64,000 nt of DNA from Terracidiphilus sp. (GTDB lineage: Bacteria; Acidobacteriota; Terriglobia; Terriglobales; Acidobacteriaceae), in NCBI GenBank assembly GCA_035549115.1, contig DASZRQ010000143.1:16641-80640 (forward strand), in the 5' to 3' direction. Position 1 is the stretch's first letter. Each line of letters begins with the position of its first letter. The notes under the pieces are model-generated. The model was given only the letters and a program-made list of their open reading frames with translations, was not told the origin of the DNA and ran no database searches. A program made the translations under genes and the position numbers. Positions 1 to 9,063 of the stretch are shown here, piece by piece.

Positions 1-317
1 GAATCCAGGCTGGCGGCGACGCGAAAGACATGGCGAACTGCGTCCTGGTCCATGTGCCGGTAGATGTGCGGCGCCAGCAGGGCCGGGTCAAGCCCGAACT
101 GGCGATGCAAAAAGCCTGCGAGGTCCGCCTCCGGAGAGTCGAGCGCGGCCAGCATCTCCACGCGGTTGCAGGTGGAGAGAATCATGCACTCGGCCACGCC
201 GGGCACGGCGGCCAGGGCGCGCGTCGTCTCCGGCAGCTCCTCGCGAGAGATGGCGACCTTCTCGCGCAGCTCGATGGGCGCGGTCCGGTGGTTGATGCCG
301 ATGAGAGCGAGCGTCAT
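1..317 (-). CDS. hemA: Glutamyl-tRNA reductase, 5' part only (runs off window start)
   Basis: Not in the ORF track. Reverse complement from ATG at 317 reads MTLALIGINHRTAPIELREK...ILSTCNRVE...RHVFRVAASLDS, with the HemA GxNHxTAP and STCNR motifs. ATG overlaps the ccsA stop (ATGA). Confidence 0.95.
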   Translation of the reverse strand, partial: MTLALIGINHRTAPIELREKVAISREELPETTRALAAVPGVAECMILSTCNRVEMLAALDSPEADLAGFLHRQFGLDPALLAPHIYRHMDQDAVRHVFRVAASLD

Positions 318-1141
318 GGGGCACCGAACCTGTGCACGTGGCTCACGAGGTTGGCCGCCCACACGCCGAGCATCACGGCCAGAACCGCGCCGGAGAGGTA
401 CGCCGCCCGGCGGCCACGCAATCCTGCCGAGTGGCGCAGCAGGATCAACAGAACATACAGACCCCACATGGCGAAGGAAGCCAGCACCTTGGGATCGAGA
501 AAATAAGCGGCCCCTAGAGAAGTCTCCTGCACCAGCACGGCGCCGAGAACCAAACCTACGGTCATGCACGGGAAGCCGAACAGCAGCATGGCATGCGAAA
601 GCCGTTCCAGCGTATCGAGCGGCGGCAGCCAGTCCAGCGTGCGCTGTCCGGCCTGCCCTGTCTTGGCCTTCAGGCGGCGCTCCTGCACCAGATAAAGAAC
701 CGAAGCCAGCAGGCTGAACCCCAGCGCAGCATACGCCGCCAGCAGCGCCGCAATATGCGCAATCAGCCAGCTCGTCCGCACCCCCTCTGACGGGAAGGTA
801 TAGCCCTTGACACCCAGCGCCGGCACGAAGACCAGGAAAAATGTAACGGGTAAGGCGAAGATTCCAAGAGAGATGGCGTCATAGAGCCACCACGCCAGGT
901 AGTAGAGGCCCACAATCAGGAAACCCAGCAGCGATTCGGCTTCGCGCGCCCCCACGGGCAGCCAGCGGTGCGCCAGAACCAGCATCTCCACGCAGGAGAC
1001 AAAATGCAGAATGAAGGCCAGACCCCCGAGATGAACACAGGCGCTGCGCCACCGGGCTGAGGAAAACAGCACGGCGGGGAAGATCGCGATACTGGCTGCC
1101 GCGTAGAGGAAGGCGGCGACTCGGAGCCAAAGCAGATACAT
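314..1141 (-). CDS. ccsA: Cytochrome c biogenesis/assembly membrane protein (CcsA/CcmC family)
   Basis: Multiple TM helices, conserved His (WLIAHI), DPKVLASFAMWGLY motif; ccsA-hemA adjacency is a known arrangement. Confidence 0.85.
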   Translation of the reverse strand: MYLLWLRVAAFLYAAASIAIFPAVLFSSARWRSACVHLGGLAFILHFVSCVEMLVLAHRWLPVGAREAESLLGFLIVGLYYLAWWLYDAISLGIFALPVTFFLVFVPALGVKGYTFPSEGVRTSWLIAHIAALLAAYAALGFSLLASVLYLVQERRLKAKTGQAGQRTLDWLPPLDTLERLSHAMLLFGFPCMTVGLVLGAVLVQETSLGAAYFLDPKVLASFAMWGLYVLLILLRHSAGLRGRRAAYLSGAVLAVMLGVWAANLVSHVHRFGAP

Positions 1142-1319
1142 ACCGAACTCAACCTTAAGGCCTTAATGCTCAGTATACTGTGACGCAAATCACCCCGCCG
1201 GTACATCCGCACCATGGATGAGGCTGGCAATAAAGGGAGTTATGGCCCGTGATTCCCACCGCGTGTCCGCTCGTGGACGTGCCGCGGTCCGTGCGCGGGA
1301 ACGGTAATCTGTACATACG

Positions 1320-4037
1320 ATGCAACCGGCAGAGACCCAACCCACGGCGGCTGAAATCCCTTCCCCGTCCGCTGACGGGCAGGAGCTGCAGACCGCACGC
1401 GGTGCCGCGGCAAAAACCCCGGAAAAGCCCGCCGAGCTGACGCCCTTCATGCGCCAGTGGACCGCCGCCAAGCAGGAGAACCCCGACGCTCTGCTCTTCT
1501 TCCGCATGGGCGACTTCTACGAGCTCTTCTACGATGATGCCGTCGTCGCCAGCCGCGAGCTGCAGCTCACGCTCACCGCGCGCGACCGCGAGCGCCAGGT
1601 GCCCATGTGCGGTGTGCCCTACCACTCGGTCGAGAGCTACCTCACGCGCCTGTTGCGGCGCGGCTTCCGCATCGCCATCTGCGACCAGATGGAGGACCCC
1701 AGGCTCACCAAAAAGATCGTCCGGCGCGAAGTCACCCGCGTGCTCTCGCCCGGCACCGCCCTCGACGCCGGTCTCGATCAGGCGCAGAACAACTTTCTTG
1801 CCGCGTACTTTGAACCCGTCCGTGAAAAACGAGCCGAGCCTCTGGCTGCCATCGCCCTGCTCGACGTTTCGACCGGCGAGTTCCGCACCGCGGAGTTCGC
1901 CGGAGTCGCGGCGCGTCAGCAGGCAATCGAAGAGCTGCTCCTTGCCAGCCCGAGCGAAGTGCTTCTCGCCGCCGGCGCGGAAATCCCCGCGCAGCTTGAG
2001 CGCATTGCCGCGCGCACCCGCGTTGAGGACTGGGTCTGGACCCGCGATTTTGCTGTGCCGCTGGTCGAGCGGCAACTCAAAGTCCGCACCCTGGAGGGCT
2101 TCGGCCTCGTCGGTCACGACGCTGCCGCCATCGCCGCCGGTGCGGTGCTGCACTACGTGCGCACCACGCAGAAAAACGAGGCCCTGCACATCGACTCGCT
2201 CCGCTTTCAGGAGCACTCCACCGCCCTCGAGCTCGATCAGGTCACGGTGCGCAACCTCGAGCTCGTTGAGCCGCTGTTTCAGGGGCAGGACACGCGCGCC
2301 ACTCTCTTCCACACCCTCGACCAGTGCCAGACCCTGATGGGCAAGCGCCTGCTGCGCGCCACTATCCTGCGTCCGCTCGTCGACGCTGCCGCCATCGAAG
2401 CCCGCTACGAGGCCGTGGCCGAGGCCCACGCAGATCTGCTCAAGCGTGAAGAAGTGCGCCGGGCCTTCAACGGCATCCTCGACCTCGAACGCCTGCTCGC
2501 AAAGCTCAGCCTCGACTCCGCCGGTCCGCGCGATGTGCGCGCCATGGCGGCGAGTCTGGCGCGGCTGCCGGAGTTGAAGACCGCACTCGCGGCGATGGCT
2601 GCTCCTTTGTGGCGCACGCTCACTGGCCGGCTCGATCCCCTCGAGGACATCACCGCGCGCATTGCGGCCACGCTGGTCGCCGAGCCGCCGCTGACCATGG
2701 CCGATGGCGGCGCGATTGCCGAAGGCATCGACGCAGAGCTTGACGAGCTGCGCACCATCTCCACCACCGGCCGCCAGCAGATCGCAGCCATCGAGGAGCG
2801 CGAGCGCCAGCGCACCGGCATCGGTTCGCTCAAGGTGCGCTACAACTCAGTCTTCGGCTACTACATCGAGATCACCAAGGCCAATCTCGCTCTCGCGCCT
2901 GCCGACTACGAGCGCAAACAAACTCTCGTCAACGCCGAGCGTTTCACCACGCCCGAGCTCAAAGAGTATGAGCGCAAGATACTCACCGCGCACGATCGCT
3001 CCATCGAAATCGAGAAGCGCATCTTCGCTGAGCTGCGCCGGTTCGTGCTCGATGCCGCGGGCCGCATTCGCCGCTCGTCTGCGGCAGTGGCCGAGGCCGA
3101 CCTGCTCGCCGGCTTCGCGCATCTCGCGGCCGCGCGCCATTACGTGCGGCCCTCGCTCGATGCCGCACCCGTGCTGGAAGCCGCCGCCGCGCGTCACCCC
3201 GTCATCGAGCAGTGGATGGAGGAGACCCGCGAAGGCCGCTTCATCGCTAACGATCTCTATCTCGACGCCGGCGAAGAAGGTCCCGGCCTGCTGCTCATCA
3301 CCGGCCCCAATATGGGCGGCAAAAGTACCTACCTGCGCCAGGCGGCAATGCTGATTCTCATGGCGCAGATGGGATCGTTCGTGCCCGCTGATCGCATGCG
3401 CTTCGGCCTCGTTGACCGCATCTACACGCGCATCGGCGCCAGTGATAATGTCGCGCGCGGCCGCTCCACTTTTATGGTCGAGATGACCGAGACGGCCACG
3501 ATTCTCAACACCGCCACCCGGCGCTCGCTCATTCTCCTCGACGAGATGGGCCGCGGCACCGCCACCTTCGACGGCCTCTCGCTTGCCTGGGCCACAGTTG
3601 AATACCTCCACGCCGAAACCGGCGCGCGCACCCTCTTCGCCACCCACTACCACGAACTGACGATGCTTGCCGAAAAACTGAAGCGCGTGCGCAACCTCCG
3701 CGTAGGTGTCAAGGAAGCCGCCAGCGGCATCGTCTTTCTCCACTCCATTGAGCCCGGCGCGGCCAGCAAGAGCTATGGCATCGAGGTCGCGAAACTCGCC
3801 GGCCTGCCCGCCGCGGTCATCGAGCGCGCGCGTCACGTCCTCCGCCAGCACGAGAAACAGGAGCGGAAGAGCGTGCAGGTGGAGACACAGCCGGAGCCGA
3901 TGCAGCTCACGATCTTCACGCCGCTCTCACAGCGCATCGTGGACCGTATCGAAGCCGTCGACGTGAACGCACTCACGCCGCTGCAGGCCCTGAACCTGCT
4001 CGAAGAGCTGCAGCAGGAACTGAAGGAGAAGGCATGA
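1320..4037 (+). CDS. mutS: DNA mismatch repair protein MutS
   Basis: FFRMGDFYELF mismatch-binding motif, Walker A ITGPNMGGKSTYLRQ, STFMVEM, DEMGRGT, FATHYHEL. Confidence 0.99.
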   Translation: MQPAETQPTAAEIPSPSADGQELQTARGAAAKTPEKPAELTPFMRQWTAAKQENPDALLFFRMGDFYELFYDDAVVASRELQLTLTARDRERQVPMCGVPYHSVESYLTRLLRRGFRIAICDQMEDPRLTKKIVRREVTRVLSPGTALDAGLDQAQNNFLAAYFEPVREKRAEPLAAIALLDVSTGEFRTAEFAGVAARQQAIEELLLASPSEVLLAAGAEIPAQLERIAARTRVEDWVWTRDFAVPLVERQLKVRTLEGFGLVGHDAAAIAAGAVLHYVRTTQKNEALHIDSLRFQEHSTALELDQVTVRNLELVEPLFQGQDTRATLFHTLDQCQTLMGKRLLRATILRPLVDAAAIEARYEAVAEAHADLLKREEVRRAFNGILDLERLLAKLSLDSAGPRDVRAMAASLARLPELKTALAAMAAPLWRTLTGRLDPLEDITARIAATLVAEPPLTMADGGAIAEGIDAELDELRTISTTGRQQIAAIEERERQRTGIGSLKVRYNSVFGYYIEITKANLALAPADYERKQTLVNAERFTTPELKEYERKILTAHDRSIEIEKRIFAELRRFVLDAAGRIRRSSAAVAEADLLAGFAHLAAARHYVRPSLDAAPVLEAAAARHPVIEQWMEETREGRFIANDLYLDAGEEGPGLLLITGPNMGGKSTYLRQAAMLILMAQMGSFVPADRMRFGLVDRIYTRIGASDNVARGRSTFMVEMTETATILNTATRRSLILLDEMGRGTATFDGLSLAWATVEYLHAETGARTLFATHYHELTMLAEKLKRVRNLRVGVKEAASGIVFLHSIEPGAASKSYGIEVAKLAGLPAAVIERARHVLRQHEKQERKSVQVETQPEPMQLTIFTPLSQRIVDRIEAVDVNALTPLQALNLLEELQQELKEKA

Positions 4038-5170
4038 CGGCAAAGCTGCGCGAGGCCGCTGGAACGCTGATCGTAGCGGGGCTGGGCGGCACGGAGCTGA
4101 CCGGGCTGGAACGCGCATGGCTGCGTCTGATTCGCCCCGGCGGCATCATCCTCTTCAAGCGCAACATCGTGGACGCAGCCCAGACCCGCGCTCTGCTCGA
4201 TGAAGCAGCGAGCCTGAGCGCTCCGTATCTCGTGCTCTGCGTCGATGTCGAAGGCGGCACGGTGAATCGCCTGCGCGATGCGCTGGCGCCCATTCCCTCC
4301 GCGCAGGCCGTTGGCGCGGCGATGCGCACCAGGAAGAAGCCTGCTCTTGCGCGCGAACATGGCGCGCTGATTGCGCGCGCGGTCAAGGCCTTCGGCTTCA
4401 ACACCACGCTCGCGCCGGTAGTCGATCTTGGCCTGCCTGAAGCGGCGGAGGTGCTGGGCTCGCGCACTGCCGGAACTGCGGCGAGCGAAGCGATCGCTTA
4501 TGCGGCGGAGTTCCTCGCTGGCCTTGCGGCGCACGGTGTAGCCGGATGCGGCAAGCATTTTCCCGGCCTCGGCGGCGCAAAGGGCGACACGCACTTCGTC
4601 ACGCCGGCCATCGGCCGCACCGCGCGGCAAATCTGGAGCGACGACCTCGCGCCCTATCGCTCTCTGCACGCGGCCATGCCCATGGTGATGACCAACCACG
4701 CGGCGTATCCGGCGACTCCGGGCGGCGAGAAACCAGCGAGCTCTTCCGCGTACTGGATCGCGGCCATGCTGCGCAGGCGCATCGGCTATCGCGGCATCAT
4801 CCTCTCAGACGATCTCGAAATGGGCGGCATTCTCAAGTTCATGTCCGTCGAAGAAGCTGCGGTCGCCGCGATCCGTGCGGGCTCGGACCTGATCGAAATT
4901 TGCCACAGCGCGGAGCTGATCCTGCGTTCCTACGAGTCCTTGCTGCGCGAGACTGAGCGCTCGGCGGCTTTTCGCGCGTTGCTCCTCGAGCGCGCACACA
5001 GTGTCGAGCGCAAGCGCAGGAGTCTCTATGCTGCTGGCATCCCGCGCCCGCTCACCGCAAAGCAGTTCGAGACGCTGCGAACCGCCATCGTGCGCTTCAC
5101 TGAAATGGTTGCAGCCACGGCCGCCGACGCTGTCGCTCCGCGCGCGGCCTCTCCCGCGGAGACCTCATGA
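4034..5170 (+). CDS. nagZ: Beta-N-acetylhexosaminidase (GH3, NagZ-type)
   Basis: DVEGGTVNRL, KHFPGLGGAKGDTH (NagZ KHxPGxGxxxxDxH motif), SDDLEMG; ATGA overlap with mutS. Confidence 0.9.
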   Translation: MTAKLREAAGTLIVAGLGGTELTGLERAWLRLIRPGGIILFKRNIVDAAQTRALLDEAASLSAPYLVLCVDVEGGTVNRLRDALAPIPSAQAVGAAMRTRKKPALAREHGALIARAVKAFGFNTTLAPVVDLGLPEAAEVLGSRTAGTAASEAIAYAAEFLAGLAAHGVAGCGKHFPGLGGAKGDTHFVTPAIGRTARQIWSDDLAPYRSLHAAMPMVMTNHAAYPATPGGEKPASSSAYWIAAMLRRRIGYRGIILSDDLEMGGILKFMSVEEAAVAAIRAGSDLIEICHSAELILRSYESLLRETERSAAFRALLLERAHSVERKRRSLYAAGIPRPLTAKQFETLRTAIVRFTEMVAATAADAVAPRAASPAETS

Positions 5171-6339
5171 AGACCCGCTCTATGCTCGTGGCCGGCATGA
5201 TGAGCGGCACCTCCGCTGACGGCGTCGATGTCGCGCTGGTATGCATTGCGCCAGGCCGCCTGCGCCCGCGGCTCTCGCTGGAGGCACACGAGGCGTTTCC
5301 CTATCCGGCGGCTCTGCGGCGCAGCGTGCTTGCCGCGATGAACGCGGCATCCATCTCAACGGCAGAGTTAGCCCGGCTCAACTGGCGGCTCGGACTCGCA
5401 TACGCAGACGCCGTCACCGCAACCCTCAAGCGCCATGGCGCGACCATCGATCTCGTCGGCTGCCACGGCCAGACCCTCTATCACCAGGCGCATGCAGAGT
5501 CGTACAACGGACGGAAATTTGCCTGCACCTGGCAACTCGGCGAGGCCGCCGTCATCGCCGCTGTCGCAGGCGTACCCGTGGTCTCGAACTTTCGCCCCGC
5601 GGATATGGCAGCCGACGGACAGGGCGCGCCGCTCGTCCCCCTGCTCGATTACGTGTTGTTTGCCGATGCAAAGCGCGGGCGCGTGCTGCAGAACATCGGC
5701 GGCATCGCGAATCTCACGGCAATTCCCGCCGCCGCTCGTGCCGGCGATGTGATCGCGTTCGACAACGGCCCCGGCAACATGATCATCGACGCTCTGATGC
5801 AGACGCTGTACAACCGGCCATACGACCGCAACGGCGTCATCGCGGCGCAGGGTGCGGTGCTCGCTCCGGTTCTGCGCGCCAGCCTGCGGCATGCATTCTT
5901 CCGGCAGAAGCCGCCGCGCACGACGGGGCGCGAGCAGTTCGGCCGCGAGTTCGCTGCGGAGTTCCTGGCTGCATGCCGTCAGCACAGCATGCGGCCTGAA
6001 GATGCGATTGCCACAGCGACGGCGCTCACGGCCGAATCCATCGCCGCCAGCTACGCGCGCTTCGTGCATCCGCGCATGCGGGGCCACACCGTGGACTACA
6101 TCGTCTCCGGCGGCGGCGCGCGCAATGCCACGCTGATGGCCATGCTCGCGCAGCGCCTTGCGCCTCTGCGCTGCGAGCTTGCCGCCAGCGACGCTTTCGG
6201 TCTGCCTGCCGCCGCCAAGGAAGCCACTGCCTTCGCGCTGCTCGCATGGCAGACATGGCATCGGCTCCCCGGCAATGTGCTCGCGGCAACCGGCGCAAAG
6301 CGTCCCGTCATCCTCGGGCAGGTGGCCTATGCGCCGTAG
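5167..6339 (+). CDS. anmK: Anhydro-N-acetylmuramic acid kinase
   Basis: GMMSGTSADGVD, GCHGQT, DMAADGQGAPLVP, QNIGGIAN, FDNGPGNMIID, SGGGARN, AKEATAFA. Confidence 0.95.
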   Translation: MKTRSMLVAGMMSGTSADGVDVALVCIAPGRLRPRLSLEAHEAFPYPAALRRSVLAAMNAASISTAELARLNWRLGLAYADAVTATLKRHGATIDLVGCHGQTLYHQAHAESYNGRKFACTWQLGEAAVIAAVAGVPVVSNFRPADMAADGQGAPLVPLLDYVLFADAKRGRVLQNIGGIANLTAIPAAARAGDVIAFDNGPGNMIIDALMQTLYNRPYDRNGVIAAQGAVLAPVLRASLRHAFFRQKPPRTTGREQFGREFAAEFLAACRQHSMRPEDAIATATALTAESIAASYARFVHPRMRGHTVDYIVSGGGARNATLMAMLAQRLAPLRCELAASDAFGLPAAAKEATAFALLAWQTWHRLPGNVLAATGAKRPVILGQVAYAP

Positions 6340-7846
6340 CTTTCTGCTGGCGCTTGTGGCGCTGCTTCTTGCGGGCTGCCACTCCGTGCCGCGCAATCCG
6401 AATACGGTTGTCTTCCTGATCGAGTCCAGCCCCACGAACCTCGATCCCCGCGTCGGCACGGACGGCATCTCGGAGCACATCGACGAGCTGATGTTCGATG
6501 GCCTCGTTGCGCGCGATGCCAATTTCCGCTTCACGCCGGCTCTGGCCGCAAGCTGGAATCAGCCCGATCCTCTCACCTACATCTTTCATCTGCGTCCGGG
6601 CATTCGCTTTCACAATGGCCGCCTCCTCACCGCGCAGGATGTGGTCTGGACCATCGACTCGATGCGCGATGGCACGGTCATCACGCCCAAGTCCGCCACC
6701 TATGCTTCGGTCGCAAGCGTGGTGGCTCGCGATCCGCTGACCGTGGTCTTCCATCTGAAGAAGCCCGATAATTTCCTGCTGACCAATCTCTCCACGGGCG
6801 CAATCGGCATCGTGCCCGCGGACAGCGGCCGCGACTTCTGGCGTCATCCGGTGGGCACGGGGCCCTTCGAATTTGTAAGCCAGCAGATCGATCAGGACGT
6901 GATCCTCGTGCGTAACCCCCAGAGCTGGAGCGTCGCGCCCAGCATCGCGCGCGTGCGCTTTGTCGTGGTGCCCGACGCAATCACGGAGGCGCTCGAGCTC
7001 GAGAAGGGCTCTGCGGACGTGGAGATCAACTCGCTGCCCATGGATGCGCTGCCGCAGCTCGCGCAGCGTCCCAATCTTGCGGTCGATGCCGTTCCCGGAA
7101 CGCAGATTCAGTACCTCGCCTTCAACGCGCGCGACCCCATCCTGCGCGATGCGCGCGTGCGTCAGGCAATCGCATATGCCATCGACCGGCCCACCATCAT
7201 CCGCACGCTGCTGGGCGGCCATGCCCAGCCTGCGTTGAGCCTGCTGCCCACCACGCACTGGGCCTGGACCGGCGACGTGCAGCGCTACGACTATGATCCT
7301 GCCCGCGCCATCCGGCTCCTCGAAGAGGCCGGCTGCCACGCCGGGGCCGACGGCATCCGCCTGCGCCTGACCATGAAAACCAGCACGGACGAGGACACGC
7401 GCCTGCTGGCGGTGGTGCTGCAGCAGCAGCTTGCGAAAGTGGGCATTGCACTCGCACTGCGCAGCAACGAGTTCGCTACCTTCTATGCAGACGTGACCCG
7501 CGGAGCCTTCCAGATGTATTCGCTGCGCTGGATCGGAGGCAACGAGCAGCCGGACATCTTCAGCTACGCCTTTTCGACCGCGCGCTTTTCTCCCAAAGGC
7601 GCCAACCGCGGGCACTACTCGAATCCGCGTCTGGATGCCCTGCTGGACGATGCCGAGGCAAGTCCCGATATGGCCCGGCGGCGTGCTGATTATGTCGAAG
7701 TGCAGCAGATTCTGGCGCGTGACCTGCCCGCCCTGAACCTCTGGTATAAGGATACGGTCGTCGTCCATAGCCGAAGGCTTGCGGACGTCCATCCCTCTCC
7801 TTCGGGGAGCTTTACTTTCTTGGAAACCGCCAAAATCCTTCCCTGA
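6329..7846 (+). CDS. ABC transporter substrate-binding lipoprotein, family 5 (peptide/nickel)
   Basis: Lipobox LAGC after ATG 6329 (start re-picked from track ORF 6158); PVGTGPF, FNARDPILRDARVRQAIAYAID, NRGHYSNP. Confidence 0.9.
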   Translation: MRRSFLLALVALLLAGCHSVPRNPNTVVFLIESSPTNLDPRVGTDGISEHIDELMFDGLVARDANFRFTPALAASWNQPDPLTYIFHLRPGIRFHNGRLLTAQDVVWTIDSMRDGTVITPKSATYASVASVVARDPLTVVFHLKKPDNFLLTNLSTGAIGIVPADSGRDFWRHPVGTGPFEFVSQQIDQDVILVRNPQSWSVAPSIARVRFVVVPDAITEALELEKGSADVEINSLPMDALPQLAQRPNLAVDAVPGTQIQYLAFNARDPILRDARVRQAIAYAIDRPTIIRTLLGGHAQPALSLLPTTHWAWTGDVQRYDYDPARAIRLLEEAGCHAGADGIRLRLTMKTSTDEDTRLLAVVLQQQLAKVGIALALRSNEFATFYADVTRGAFQMYSLRWIGGNEQPDIFSYAFSTARFSPKGANRGHYSNPRLDALLDDAEASPDMARRRADYVEVQQILARDLPALNLWYKDTVVVHSRRLADVHPSPSGSFTFLETAKILP

Positions 7847-7934
7847 GCCGCTTCAACCTTTTGCCGTTTTGCCTCGTCTACCCAAATGACTCGGGAAAAA
7901 TCCGGCAAAACCGCATTCCTCGAAACCCTTTTAT

Positions 7935-9035
7935 ATGCAACGCACGAATCCAATTCGCAACTTCTCCTTCGCGCTGGCGCTGGTTTTCTTTGGCGTGGCG
8001 CTTTCTGCAGTGGCACAGGCTCCGTCCCGCTTTGTCGGCACGGTCGCCGCAATCAACGGCGACGAACTGACCGTCAAAACCGATGCGGGCGCCATGCAAC
8101 AGGTTATCGTTCCGTCGACCGCGGTGATGAAGCGCGTGGAACCCGGCCAGAAAGACCTGAGCGCCGCTGTCACCATTACGCTGGCCGATCTGAATACCGG
8201 CGACCGCGTGCTGGTGCGGCTCGATCCCAGCGCGCCCGCGGATGCCCCGCAGGCTGCGCAGATCATCACCATCAAGCAGGCCGACGTTGCCAGAAAGCAG
8301 CAGGAAGAACGCGAGGCCTGGCAGCGCACCGGCGTTGGCGGCCTGGTCAAGAGCGTGGACGCTTCGGCGGGCAGCATCGTCCTCACCACCGGCGCTGGGC
8401 CAACGGCGAAGACAGTCACCGTGCATGTCGATTCTTCGGCCATCCTCAAGCGGTACGCGCCGGGCTCCATCCGCTTCGATCTTGCACAGCCTGCGCCCAT
8501 CTCCGCGATTCAACCCGGCGATCAGTTGCGCGCGCGCGGAGCAAAGAACGCCGATGGAAGCCAGCTCGATGCCGTCGAAGTTGTCTCAGGCAGCTTTCGT
8601 AATCTCTCGGGCACCATTGTTGCCCTCGACTCGGCCAGCTCCAGCTTTACGATGAAGGACCTGCTGAGCAAGAAGCAGGTGACGGTGCGGGTCACTCCGG
8701 ATGCGCAGATGCATACGCTCCCGGAGATGATGGCGCGCATGCTTGCCGCGCGGCTCAAGGCGCCGGCCGCCGCTGAGCCTGCGGCCGCTGAACATATGCA
8801 CCGGCAAGGCGGCGACTTGCAACAGATGCTCAATCGCACTCCGGCCATCCAGTTTGCCGATCTCAAGAAGGGCGAGGCGGTCATGGTCGTGGCAACCGCC
8901 AGCCCGGACAACCTGACTGCGGTCACACTGCTGGCCGGCGTGGAGCCATTGCTTGAAGCGCCTGAAGCCAGCCGCGACCTGCTTTCCAACTGGAGCATGG
9001 GCTCCGGCGGTGCGGGCGAAGCAGAATCGCAGTAA
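7935..9035 (+). CDS. Secreted hypothetical protein with three DUF5666-like OB-fold repeats
   Basis: Signal peptide; three units of the type GTVAAINGDELTV...LNTGDRV / GLVKSVDASAGSIVL...IQPGDQL / GTIVALDSASSSFTM...LKKGEAV. Confidence 0.7.
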   Translation: MQRTNPIRNFSFALALVFFGVALSAVAQAPSRFVGTVAAINGDELTVKTDAGAMQQVIVPSTAVMKRVEPGQKDLSAAVTITLADLNTGDRVLVRLDPSAPADAPQAAQIITIKQADVARKQQEEREAWQRTGVGGLVKSVDASAGSIVLTTGAGPTAKTVTVHVDSSAILKRYAPGSIRFDLAQPAPISAIQPGDQLRARGAKNADGSQLDAVEVVSGSFRNLSGTIVALDSASSSFTMKDLLSKKQVTVRVTPDAQMHTLPEMMARMLAARLKAPAAAEPAAAEHMHRQGGDLQQMLNRTPAIQFADLKKGEAVMVVATASPDNLTAVTLLAGVEPLLEAPEASRDLLSNWSMGSGGAGEAESQ

Positions 9036-9063
9036 ATCATCTACCCATTGCGCACAACAGATT

